From: Phoronis australis
Lineage: Eukaryota > Animalia > Phoronida
DNA length: 64,000 nucleotides
Assembly (NCBI GenBank): GCA_002633005.1
Contig: NMRA01000088.1
Coordinates: 732,437-796,436, forward strand
Direction of reading: 5' to 3'
Part shown: positions 51,901 to 63,090 of the stretch, piece by piece
Layout: each line of letters begins with the position of its first letter
Position numbering within the stretch: the first letter of the stretch is position 1
Program-made: the position numbers and the translations under genes
The notes under the pieces: model-generated
Database searches by the model: none
What the model was told of the DNA's origin: nothing
The model's input: the letters and a program-made list of their open reading frames with translations, nothing else

Positions 51901-52744
51901 TTACTTGAAAAAATCATGTTGAAAGTGGATTTTGGAAAGATTTTGCTAGTGTTATGATTTGTTTTATTGCGAATCTTGTTAAACGAAAGCTGACATGCAA
52001 ACTATAAGACATGTGTCAAACCAACGCATAAATTTCTGTATCCGGTGACGTGCACTTTTATAGCTTATGCGAGTAAGGTGAGAAGGAACGAATCAAATGC
52101 GGCAATACAATGTGATTTGCCACTACAATTCGCCTGCAATAAGAAGACGTTCACGAAGTCTATTGACCAGCTGCCGGATGCTCCATCAGGCGCGTGCATT
52201 TTGGGCTGAATGGTAGTTACTCCCTGTCTACGCCTTTCATTCTGATTTGTCTTCAGTTGAGCTCGGGACTCAATTCAAAGTGAAGAAACAAGACCCAGGA
52301 GACGCCAAACGTGGCTTGATAATGTCATATAAACCTGCATTCTAAGCATGTGCTGAACAAGGATTTACGAACATAGAATTACCAAAACATAAATTAAAAA
52401 CGCGTTATACATACGGTTGTTCCCCGGTCTGCATATTTTCACCACCTTCACTGTATGGACTACGGCTGCTCACGCCTACTTTGACCAAACTAGTGTGAAA
52501 TGTTATTCTACGCGAACAATAGATATTGGCAAACTGGAAAATCGAAGGTTGATGAACCGTAAACAAAAGTTGTGTCAGAATGTCATGATAAATGAGTCGA
52601 TTAATTGCAACAAACGAATAATTAATTAGAATCAGGTCATCAAAAGTAATGTATTGAACGGCGTCCATGTACTGTATCGGCAGTAACGCTAATAATTTCA
52701 GCAACAGCGGCTATTCGGATAACGAATATTCTAGACTAGTCAGC

Positions 52745-52912
52745 GATGATGATAGTGATGACGGTGATGGTGATGATGGTGATGATGGTGATGGTGGTGG
52801 TGGTGGTGATGGTGATGATGATAATGATAATGGTGATGGTGATGATGGTGGTGGCGGTGGTGGTGGTGATGATGATGATGATAATGATAATGGTGATGGT
52901 GATGGTGATGAN

Positions 52913-52958
<46 letters not shown>

Positions 52959-53008
52959 AATGATGATGATAATGATGATGATGATGGTGGTGGTGGCGAT
53001 GGTAGTGA
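52745..53008. repeat. (GAT)n/(GGT)n compound microsatellite
   Basis: Continuous GAT, GGT and AAT triplets with an internal duplicated block of ~60 bp and one N at 52912. Confidence 0.97.
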
Positions 53009-53134
53009 ATGAGATGTACTTTTGAAGTTATTAGCTTTGTCCAGGGCTTTCAAGCAATAAAATCCGTTCTATTACAAATGGCCGTTTTATTACAATTCTC
53101 GCCGTTGTCTGTCTGGCATTCACATGTACTTCGT

Positions 53135-53232
53135 GCGATTTAGTTCAGCCAGCAGAGCGTTTGACTGATACGTTAGTTTCAGGTTCGATTCCGCATTAGG
53201 GCTGATTTCGAAATTGAATTTTCTCACCGATA
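53135..53232 (+). mobile_element. tRNA-derived SINE-like head
   Basis: GATTTAGTTCAGCCAGCAGAGCG...GGTTCGATTCCGCATTAGG; related to 38520-38632. Confidence 0.5.
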
Positions 53233-54299
53233 CATGGGCGGCGCACCATAGGGGGCTGGGGGGGCTGTAGCTCCCAATTATTTCAATGCTACGCCACTTT
53301 AAAATACAAATTACACCGAAGTACTAGTATGATATAAACGAAACGAAGCTTTTGAACTGAGTACAAAAAACAAAGCCGGGTGTCTTTCCGATCTCTAACA
53401 AATCGGGCGTTGTCCCTGGAAAAATCTGATTCGCGATTAGTGTTAGAGATGCAACAACACGCGACATTAAATATTTTTGTAACCCGATCAAATACCAGGA
53501 TGCTTTTCCATTTGCATTATATGGAAATTTCGGATTCATTGTATTTTAGGCGTCTTATTCGACAAACTCGGGTTCAGAAACATAGAAGAATATCAAAACA
53601 GTATGATTATGAAGCTGTATCTTATAGAACACGCTTAAGAGAAGATTTGGTGTTGAAATATACAAAAAATAACAAAACAAATTTCAAATAAATTCATTTT
53701 GACAGTTTTTAAAAATAACAGGAAACAACATTTTATCCAGCCGACATAAAATAGCTTTCCGATACAATTTGTAATACTCTCAGCTGATCAACCCATTAAT
53801 GGAATTATGATTTATAGGTTTCTTTAATGCTTCCTCGCACGCAACGTCCTTGTGCGATTATACCTGTCGCCGAATGTGAGACGATTCGCAAATCAATCAA
53901 AAACGGAACATGGAATTTTGGCTGTGTGGGAGTAGATTTCCGTGTGTGTTTTGAGATTTTCTAGAGAAAATGATAATGTGTTTTGACGTTTTGAATGCCT
54001 AATAGTAACCGTCACGCTACGACATAAGAAAACGTGATGAAACGATTAATTCACGAGGAACGGTTTTCATTTACATACAAACGTAGTTGCGAAAGATGAA
54101 CAAAATGTATATACCGGTATTTATTTCGTAGAAAACAATTATACTACAGTTCTGTTGGATCTCACCTGCCAAAAGTTTTCCCAGTCAGTGTATTTTTGCC
54201 TTGTCTAAATGAAAGGTTTCGTTAATCCTCATATCAGTACTACGTGGATTTGCTAATTCAACAAAGAATGTACTGTTCTTTAGGTTTTCTACAGCTTCA

Positions 54300-54625
54300 C
54301 TATGACAAAAATGGTACTCATCCTCGATCTCACTGCTTAAATTCTGGCAGGTTAGCCGGCTAAGATATCTGATTAGTATGTAAGCCGGAAGTTTTAGTCG
54401 ACAACCAATCAGATGTCTTCCCATGGCGGAGCCGGCGAAGCGAATCAAGTGCAGCGTGCAGCCTATATTTCTTGAAAAAAAAACAGATTCTCTGCCCGTT
54501 TCTATCAAGAAACCGTGTGACGGCAAACGAAACTGGGACATAGTTATTCTATAGGATTTGATTTTAACAAATTCTAAATAACTTTCAAAAGCTAGGCCAT
54601 TGTTCACCGCTTTGTACAGAAAGAG
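54300..54625 (-). pseudogene. 3' end of a LINE ORF2 (RTE-X/CR1/L2-group), interrupted by a short insertion
   Basis: FESYLEFVKIKSYRITMSQFRLPSHGFLIETGR ... SEIEDEYHF matches the conserved LINE C-terminal R.S.H.L.IETGR / IEDE.HF motifs, which are here separated by extra unrelated sequence. Confidence 0.85.
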
Positions 54626-55556
54626 GTATTCCCCTACGATATCTCACATCTGTTTCTGGGCTAAGTTAAACAACCATAAAGAGTATTAGCAGTAATGTAT
54701 TTTTTGTTTAATTTGTATCACTATATTATCTAAACTGAACTGAATTTTGTTTTCAAAAGTGATCAAATATCCAGTGATTGATTAATCAATTGAGGAAAGA
54801 CTTCCACAGGAAATTTGACAATAATTAGATTCCCGTTCAAAACTCGCGAAATAAAATTTGACGCATTTTGATAATTTCATAGCACAATTAATTCATTGAC
54901 GTTTACACGAGACTAATAGCACGAAGCAAATGCCTCCTACATTTCCGTTTGGTTCAATGCCGTTTGAGAATCTCCTAACGGTACGAGAAGCGGAATCATT
55001 GATTTCCGCGCGCGTTGTACATTTCAGTGGTTGCAAATGGTACGCGGAGTTGTGGAAAGACTTGTGACGTCATAAGTAGCCACCGGTACGTAGGTTACCA
55101 TTCGGACAGAGATGCAATCACCGCGGGTTCACCCATGCACGACTGCTATCTGAATTGATTTTTTTTTTGTAAAAAAAAAAACAAAGTTGAATGAAGTAAA
55201 TTAAGAAGAAAATACTTTCACGTAGAAGCCAGTAATCACACAGAACAGTAAAGAAAGTTCCAAAAATAGTTTAAAATGCTTCAGCCAAAAAAACCAACTG
55301 AGCGAACCAAAGCTAAAAGGGTGGGTAGAATACTATCATCTTGCAAGTCAATTGGGTAATTTGTAGCGAAAAATTGATGTTAAGAGCGGATTTGATAAAC
55401 AACGAACACGTTTGTAAAACTTAAAGAAACATGATACGTTCTCCATGCTTTACCATGTAGTAAGCCCACTACCAGTATAATGCATAGTGATAACAGAACT
55501 GTGAATTGATAATTACTGCTTTTTGAGTCGAGACTTGGTTGCATTTTGGTGGTCAC

Positions 55557-55707
55557 AGGCCCAGGGTAGAGTTAGTAGCTGTCGCACGGCGAGAAAATTT
55601 AGCCGAAATGACCTCGTGCTCGTGGCAATGTCTCGCGAAATCTAGCGAAGTCTTGCTTTTTTAGCGAGATCCTAACGAGGCCCTAGCGTTACTGAACTGT
55701 ACCCAGG
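55557..55707 (-). mobile_element. Short MITE family B, diverged inverted copy
   Basis: GCGAAGTCTTGCTTTTTTAGCGAG...CCTAGCGTTACTGAAC is the reverse complement of the family B left half. Confidence 0.7.
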
Positions 55708-57100
55708 TTTGCTAACAAGGTTACGACGCAGCACAAAAAAAAATCCTATAAAGATCGCGGTGAACACGGATACCGCACACATCGAGTCAGCTGTGTTCTC
55801 TGTGACACCAGCGCACACTGTTTAACAAGTTAAGCTGTTTTAATAATCGATGTGTCAGCGGGTGCTTGCTGCAAATTTCGAGAAAATGTATTGCTAGTTG
55901 GAACAAAAAACATCACAGTTACAATTCTCAGCATGCTAAAGACCAACGTTTAGGTGCTGTTCAGTACCAATATCAAGTACTGACCCCTATTACTGACATC
56001 ATTAGCAATACACAAGTGAAACACGATGTTTGGTGTTCAAGGTGGCTTGTCTTAAAGATGGATTTGCATGTTCCTAACTATGCTTATACTTAACAGGAAC
56101 TAATTGACTATGCTATTATAACATGACTTACACTAAACAAAGTGCAGTTGTATTCATTGGCAACTTGTAAATGTGAAAGCAAAAAATTCTGCAAATAGGT
56201 GACCTTTGTATGAATGACATACCTGGCGTGCTCACATTGTGTTATTCCCCATCACCGCGCCACTATACTTACTGGACACGGTTCAGTGATTCGCGGCTGA
56301 TCATTTTCGCCGCAAAACTCGTTATTTAAAAACTTTTGGCAATTTTTTCTTACTACATATTCACATCCTCAATACTTGTGCTTCTAACTAATTTGGCCAA
56401 CCAATCACAAGGAATTAACCTGTAAGTTTCACTTTAAAGTTACGTGTACGTCATTTTATTCTAATGTATTTGTCCAATTTATCACTATCACCTGTTACAA
56501 ACACATTTTCAGCTTCTGTGCAACGTTTTCGTGAATAGGGCCTCCTTCTTCTATAGCGCCTGTGTTAATGACGTCATTGCACGAACGCAGACAATGTGGT
56601 GGCACAAAAATCGGACAACGCGGAAAACAGCGATCATAAACCACGACAGCATCAAGTATAATTGTCGGAAAGTGTTTAATTTTGTACCATCGTATCCCTA
56701 GAAATAACGGCAATTGTACTCTTATAAAAATGTAACCTAGGCAACGCACGTGATACGATCACTGTTATTCCCATGGGTGCAGCGAAACCTTGAATAGACT
56801 ACTCAGGTTTAGTCTTTTTGTGTAGCCAGCGCTACGAGTTGGGGTTGAATGCCTCAAACGAACGATAACTGAGCTATTAGCTCACGCCAAGGCCTAAAAA
56901 GGAAGTGCTAGTGCCTTCAATTGTTCTCGGCTTGACATGAGCTGCCAGGTCCGCCATTGTTCACTTGAGGCAGACAGCTCATCTCATGACTCTGCGTCTG
57001 CGGTCGTCCTTAGAGTTGGCTGTGTCAACTGGATTATTGTTGTGTTTTGGTTATTACGTGTTATTGCACTGGCGGATGTAGGACCTCGTAAGGGGGAGGG

Positions 57101-57544
57101 NNNNNNNNNNNNNNNNNNNNNNNNNNNNNNNNNNNNNNNNNNNNNNNNNNNNNNNNNNNNNNNNNNNNNNNNNNNNNNNNNNNNNNNNNNNNNNNNNNNN
57201 NNNNNNNNNNNNNNNNNNNNNNNNNNNNNNNNNNNNNNNNNNNNNNNNNNNNNNNNNNNNNNNNNNNNNNNNNNNNNNNNNNNNNNNNNNNNNNNNNNNN
57301 NNNNNNNNNNNNNNNNNNNNNNNNNNNNNNNNNNNNNNNNNNNNNNNNNNNNNNNNNNNNNNNNNNNNNNNNNNNNNNNNNNNNNNNNNNNNNNNNNNNN
57401 NNNNNNNNNNNNNNNNNNNNNNNNNNNNNNNNNNNNNNNNNNNNNNNNNNNNNNNNNNNNNNNNNNNNNNNNNNNNNNNNNNNNNNNNNNNNNNNNNNNN
57501 NNNNNNNNNNNNNNNNNNNNNNNNNNNNNNNNNNNNNNNNNNNN
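57101..57544. other. Assembly gap
   Basis: Run of N, starting immediately after a G-rich MITE-like terminus CACTGGCGGATGTAGG...GGGGGAGGG. Confidence 0.99.
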
Positions 57545-57879
57545 GTAGGGCAGCGTAAGCTCCGCGTACATAGTTATTCTCTACGCAAGCCGGTGTGAAA
57601 GTTGTTTTACTTCTGACCTGACCACGCAGAATGTAACTTCGGAGCATAAAAGGAAATCGTATGGTGTGTAGGCTATAAGCTCAAAGAGTGCAACTAAAAG
57701 ACGAAACAATACTTTATCTCGATTAAAAAATTAAAAGAAGAAATAATTGAAGGTAACCACTGTATGCTTTATGAAATGTAAACACATAAGGTTATGTATG
57801 ACCTTATAGACAAGTTTGTGTATTTAGACAAACATTTACAAATACGGAGGGTTTTAACTCAGTAAAAGTCAAACATATC

Positions 57880-58323
57880 TGAAAGTAGAAAGCCTGTACT
57901 ATATCATTTTTACTTTTACCACTCTGTTATTGATTGGGTGACATTACTATGTATTTTTAATAAAACACCAGTAGCAAAAAAGAGAAGTACTTTGTTAGCA
58001 AAACAACGGTATCAGTAACATCAGCAAGTTTTATTTTATATAAATTTTTGAAGTTGAAATGCCAAAAACACTGTTACAGTTTTCTAAATTATCATTTTGT
58101 TTTGTATTTGTGCAGCTTTTGATTTTTTTCAAGAAAATCATAAAAGTCTTATTTTTGATAGCCCCTCATGCGGCAAAAGTGAAACGTTTTAAATACAATT
58201 CCAAAAAGCGTCGTTGAGAGCAGTTCACAAACCACAGTATCTGAAAGTTTCATATGAATTCGACCATCCATTTCTGAGATATGACATTCCGAATTTAGCC
58301 AAATGAACATTTTCCTAGGGTCC
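57880..58323 (-). repeat. Old dispersed repeat family C (inverted copy)
   Basis: Homologous to 44580-44995 (direct) and 48475-48970 (inverted). Confidence 0.7.
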
Positions 58324-58790
58324 ATATCCGAGCCTGCAGAACACCGGTACCGAATAATAATTTTGATAAAATTGCCATTTCACTCCAGGCCGCAAACGTC
58401 TTAAATCATATTTAGTAACTGATCTCATATATGTCAACATTCATGTCAAACTATAAAATATGTAAACCTGCAGTTTTTTTGACATTTGGTTCATTTTTCG
58501 GATTTTATTAGCGAATGAGGCAGACAAAACCTTTGTAGTCTGTTCATGGCTTGGCAGTGTGAAAGTTTACATAAACATTTTTTTGCAGTGAAAAAGGATA
58601 AGTCGCCTGCGAATGACCTAAATATTATTTTTATTTGCTTTGGGCGTTGTTCTTATCTTAGCTCAAATTCCTTAGCGTTGTTACGGCCACACGCAAGCAC
58701 AGCAACCAAATTTATTGCCTGATAACGCCATGAACTGTCGGCATTTGTTTTGAAAGTCTTCACTCAGAGAAGCACGAAAGCGTGTCAACA

Positions 58791-58827
58791 CGTTGCATTG
58801 TGGGAAGATGTTTGAGCGCCATTTTGG
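58791..58827 (+). promoter_or_regulatory. Candidate housekeeping-type promoter motifs for the plus-strand gene
   Basis: CGTTGCATTGTGGGAA (reverse complement TTCCCACAATGCAACG, ZNF143/Staf-like) next to a YY1-like GCGCCATTTT, ~480 bp upstream of the predicted ATG. Confidence 0.4.
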
Positions 58828-59299
58828 AATGATTCACCGAGAAATGTTTGTTTTGGTACCCTTCACTGAAGATTTTTTTGTTGAACAGGATTTGAAATGA
58901 CCTAAGTCTAACGGGAATGGTATCTGTAGTTGGTGACTGAAGTTATGGGAACTTTGAACTGCAAATTACAGGTTTAAAGTGTTTTGATCTCGTTAAAAAG
59001 AGCTTGCGTTGCCCTGAACAATTCAGGGCATGAACGGGAATTGATTGAGAAATTGAGTTGAAGTTAGTCTACTTACTTGATCACAAGTGATGCCGACATC
59101 AAGTGAATGAAATAGGGAAACCCTGTCGTTGCTAAAGAATATTAATTCTACAGCCACGTTTTGAAGAAACTGTCTGAATGCTGTGCAACAGGTAGAGTCA
59201 ACTGGCCAACCCTGGTTCCTGACGGGATTCCACCTCCCGGCACTGACTACATACGATACAGCCGCTGATGTAACAAATTAGTGGAATCTTTCGCCTAAA

Positions 59300-59310
59300 A
59301 TGGATCGCAG
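59300..59310 (+). CDS. Unidentified protein, predicted first coding exon (MDR + AG)
   Basis: Strong start context AAA-ATG-G, in-frame TAG upstream at 59279, donor CAG|GTACTT. Phase 2 matches the exon at 61725. Confidence 0.5.
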
Positions 59311-59415
59311 GTACTTAATCCATTTTTGTAGCAAGCATAGTATTGAAAAAAGTATGTGCAGGCTCCGTATGCTAATAAGTGAGTAAGTTTATGCTCAGCC
59401 GCTCATGTAGACGGG

Positions 59416-60346
59416 TAGGCAATGACCATCGCCTCTGTTGGCCCGAACCAGAGGCGATGTAGAGGCTATAGGCGCTCTGTACGCCGGAAGCTTTTCGGCG
59501 AATTATGCCATGCACCGACTAAACCATCAAAGTCACGTTGTTATAACTACCTTTTGCGCATAGACGAACACCTTAGGAGGTTGTCGATGTGTTTAAGTTC
59601 TTCCAACTCGAACGAATACTTCCGTTATGAAACTTTTTCTTCGAGCAGTCCCTATTTCAGTTCCCAAAATCATGAAATCAAAATTTCATTTTTTTAACCA
59701 GGCCGAAGGTCAGAAGTTGCGATCCTACCGGCGAACTTTGAAAGCTGAAGTTCCCGCCCTTTGCGTACGTGCTGCCGGGAACCAGCCGTGCATTTGCCGT
59801 GTTGTTAAACATTAAAATGTCAAATATGTGCACAAAGACTTTCAAATGTCATATCAACAGCATTTATTTTTATCAAATACAAACAATAATTCATTGAAAT
59901 ACAAACGGTTTCAAGTAACGCCAATTAAAGACAAGTATAAGTGGTGGCATTTTGGAAACGAACATTTGACTGACAAGACCGCAATGGCTCACCTTTGGCC
60001 TATTTAAAAATTATTGAGGTTATGAAGTCACATCACCTAGCGAGCACGGTAAAAGTTGGAGCGTGCGCAGTACAAAAATTTTGATTTCACGATTTTGGGA
60101 ACTGAAATAGGGACTGATCGAAGAAAAAGTTTCATAACGGGAGTATTTGTTCGAGTTGGAAAGACTTAAACACATCGACAACCTCCTAAGGTGTTCCTCT
60201 ATGCGCAAAAGGTATTTATAACAACGTGACTTTGATGGTTTAGTCGGTGCGCGGCATAATTCGCCGAAAAGCTTCCGGCGTACAGAGCGCCTATAGCCTC
60301 TACATCGCCTCTGGTTCGGGCCAACAGAGGCGATGGTCATTGCCTA
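59416..60346. mobile_element. Foldback element with ~270-bp TIRs and 9-bp TSD (MULE- or AcademH-like, non-autonomous)
   Basis: 59416-59686 is the inverted copy of 60076-60346 (about 10 mismatches by eye). Termini TAGGCAATGACCATCGCCTC; perfect flanking duplication GTAGACGGG at 59407-59415 and 60347-60355. Confidence 0.93.
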
Positions 60347-60355
60347 GTAGACGGG

Positions 60356-60804
60356 TAGACGATGACCATGGTCTGTGTTGGCGCAGCTAGCACAGACGAT
60401 GGAGCTCCTATAGAGCTTCATGCACTGGAAGCTTTTTGGCGAATTATGCCTCACGCTGACTAAAATATCAAAGTCCCATTGTTATAAATACCTTTTGTGC
60501 GTGGATGGACACCTTAAGGCTTAGGAGGTCGTTGATGTAAAGTTCCTTCCAACTCGAACAAATACGCCCGTTATCGAACTTTTATCTTCGAGCAGTCCCT
60601 CGTTCAGTTTCCAAAACCGGTAACTTGCCATTTTTACACTGCACACGCTGGGAGATACGTACGTCAATGCTACCTCCTAAGGTGATAACAACGTGACTTT
60701 GATGTTTTAGTCAGTGCGAGGCATAATTCGCCAAAAAGCTTCCGGCATTTGAAGCTCCTATCTTTTCTGCTGGCACAGGCAGCAGAGACGATGATCATTG
60801 TCTA
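60356..60804. mobile_element. Older, internally deleted relative of the 59416-60346 element
   Basis: Termini TAGACGATGACCATGGTCT and AGACGATGATCATTGTCTA. Diverged copies of the same TIR blocks (GGAAGCTTTTTGGCGAATTATGCC, CTTCGAGCAGTCCCT). Confidence 0.88.
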
Positions 60805-61724
60805 CAGCTCAGGATGGCGTACATCCGAGGCCCTCACTCACCGGAGGTGAAGGTTGCCTGTGACTCTGAAAGGGTATTTGTTTAAGGTGAGGGAAATTCA
60901 CATTGGTCGTCAATTTCAATAAATCACTGGAGAGGAACCTCGTGTGATTTTTAGTGTTTTTCAGAGGGGATTGAGGCCGTTGTTCGGTTCCAAACTTGAG
61001 ATATTTAAGGGCCATTATAAGCAAGTATCATTTGAAATGTTCAGCTGCATCTGTGTCAGCAAACCTAATGCAATGGTAGCTCTTGGATTAGAAGTTCTTT
61101 GTCTACCAGGGAAAGATTTGTGTTGCCTGTTTTGATGCATGTTAGAACAACCTGTCATACTAGGTACCCCAAGTACGTCTGTTAATAATGTGCAAATGGC
61201 CAGTCAGCCACAAAAAACAGATTTTCACATCGCTCCCGTAACTTTTATTTCATTTACCGATAAAAACGTATGGTGAGAAAGACCAATTCATAAGCATTTT
61301 AATGATATAAATCCTATGGTGGCCCTTCTGATGCCCAAAATTGGTTGGTAACATGGCAGTGTCGTGAGTTTACAATTTCTTGGACACTTTCTCTAATTTG
61401 CAGTATATTTGCCAATCTTCCATGACTGATCTCGAAATTTAGCCGTCATTTGAACATATCTTTACTAATGTTCTTTAATGATCTGCTGGTCTTTGGAAGA
61501 TGTGCCTCAAAGTTGAGAAAATGTAAATTGTCAGCATACCACACTGGTGTTTCTTCAGTGCAACCAATTTTTCTATGCAGTTATGCAATATGTTCGTGTG
61601 ATGTGGCTTGTATTTCACAGCAGCACATGGCAACTCTTTAAAGAAGTTTTATTCTTAATAGAACCCGATTCTGTCTAGTGATTGGTGTTCGCACACTACA
61701 TTACACACGTTTTTACAATTTCAG

Positions 61725-61812
61725 CACTCTAAGGGAGCAGCTGAAGCTTCGGCGCCAGCGAATGAAGGAATCTTTAACGCAGGACTTCGATTCTACTAAG
61801 GACACCAACTGG
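61725..61812 (+). CDS. Unidentified protein, predicted exon 2 (STLREQLKLRRQRMKESLTQDFDSTKDTNW)
   Basis: Strong acceptor TTTTTACAATTTCAG|, locally GC-richer open frame with helical/basic composition, donor TGG|GTAGAT in phase 0. Confidence 0.65.
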
Positions 61813-62142
61813 GTAGATGCTCAATTGTTTCACTCTCTTAACTTGGCTGTTAGAAGTGGTTTGCGGAGAATGTGCCCTCTCCAATAATTTTCGGCGTCAT
61901 AGGCAAAACCTAGATAGTTCCTGATAATGACTAATTCTAACATTATGGAGACATTTTTCTGATGTAGAAACACTCGTCAATGTTCTAACCAACATGGATT
62001 TAATACGTAAACGAGGCTGTTTTCTATAGTGGCGTATTTTGTCAGTAGAAAGTTTTGAAATAGTTAACCAATTGAAACCCTTGGTTTATGTAATTTGCGA
62101 ATCTGTGACCCGTTTGTAAGCTACATAAATTTGTGTTTGTAG

Positions 62143-62196
62143 GGGGATGAGCAGACATATGAAATGTCCAGCTTGAGCAACCAGGGAACCTCTGAG
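62143..62196 (+). CDS. Unidentified protein, predicted exon 3 (GDEQTYEMSSLSNQGTSE)
   Basis: Acceptor TTTGTGTTTGTAG|, 54 nt open in phase 0-0, donor GAG|GTAATG. Confidence 0.65.
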
Positions 62197-62627
62197 GTAA
62201 TGGACTTTTTCTACCTTAACCTATTGTACACAACATCTAGTGTTAACACGCCAAAACAGTAACATCCTGTTGCTGCAAAATTGACAAAATTAGAGGAAAA
62301 TACTCAGTAACCTGTGATTTCGTTCATGATTTTGGGTATAGACATAACTAGACTAGTTTCGACTAAATTCATAACACAGCACACATCTAGTGATTTGCAA
62401 TGACTACATAAAGCTAGCTGGAGGTCAATTAGCTTTAAACTATTTCTTTGTTTCTCATCTGATTTGTTCTTCTTTTGAGATCTGCCCTACATCATAAAGC
62501 TTAGCTTTCTATATGGCACAGGTCCCAGTATTTTTGCCATTAACAAGGAAATGCTTTTTTACATTAATTCTTAATTATTTTAATAATTATTTACAGAAGG
62601 TGGGATAAATTAAATGATGTCTCTGTA

Positions 62628-63090
62628 GGCCCTTTCATACTGACTTAACTCCGGTCTGAGTGGAGTGTCGACGTTAACTGCGAAGTTAACTGAACCGTTC
62701 ATACCAGCTTCGGTAGTTAACGGGCATCGAAATAAAATGTAGCTGATGCTGTTGTCATTGAAGTAATCGCATGCACGCTAAGATTTTTATATGTGACAAT
62801 TTGGGGACATTTACATGTGCTAATTGACGTAAAACTTTTTTCTAATTCGATTGGTGATTATTGGAGCGACAGCACTGCCTTTTAATTGTTGACGATAACT
62901 GGCGATAACTTCGACGGAACTGAAGCTGACCGTTCATACCGCACTGCAGCGTCGAAGCTCTGCTGTTAAATCCAAATGTTAACTGCAAAGTTAACTGGCG
63001 CTCTTAACTGCGATCCAGGACCGAAGTTAAACATTCATACTGACCGCAACTCCCAAAACATCGACACGTCGACGTTAGTACGAAAGCGCC
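62628..63090. mobile_element. PIF/Harbinger-type MITE
   Basis: Imperfect TIRs GGCCCTTTCATACTGAC and GTTAGTACGAAAGCGCC, with internal TTCATAC and GTTAACT subrepeats. Confidence 0.75.

Noticed and set aside
52667-53053. Asp/Gly-rich or Ser/Ile-rich proteins (e.g. an acidic biomineralisation protein)
   Set aside because: Pure trinucleotide microsatellite open in several frames, with no signal peptide or splice support.
56937-57647. ~200-aa ORFs
   Set aside because: Artefacts of reading through the N gap.
59422-60340. Duplicated inverted ORFs MTIASVGPNQRR... as a gene pair
   Set aside because: They are the two TIRs of a foldback transposon; the frame is not kept in the older copy and has no protein features.
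62587-62606. Possible fourth exon after acceptor TTATTTACAG (or a 3-nt AAG microexon)
   Set aside because: Reads AAG GTG GGA TAA, stopping almost immediately, and the alternative GTGGGA donor is weak; not supportable without transcripts.
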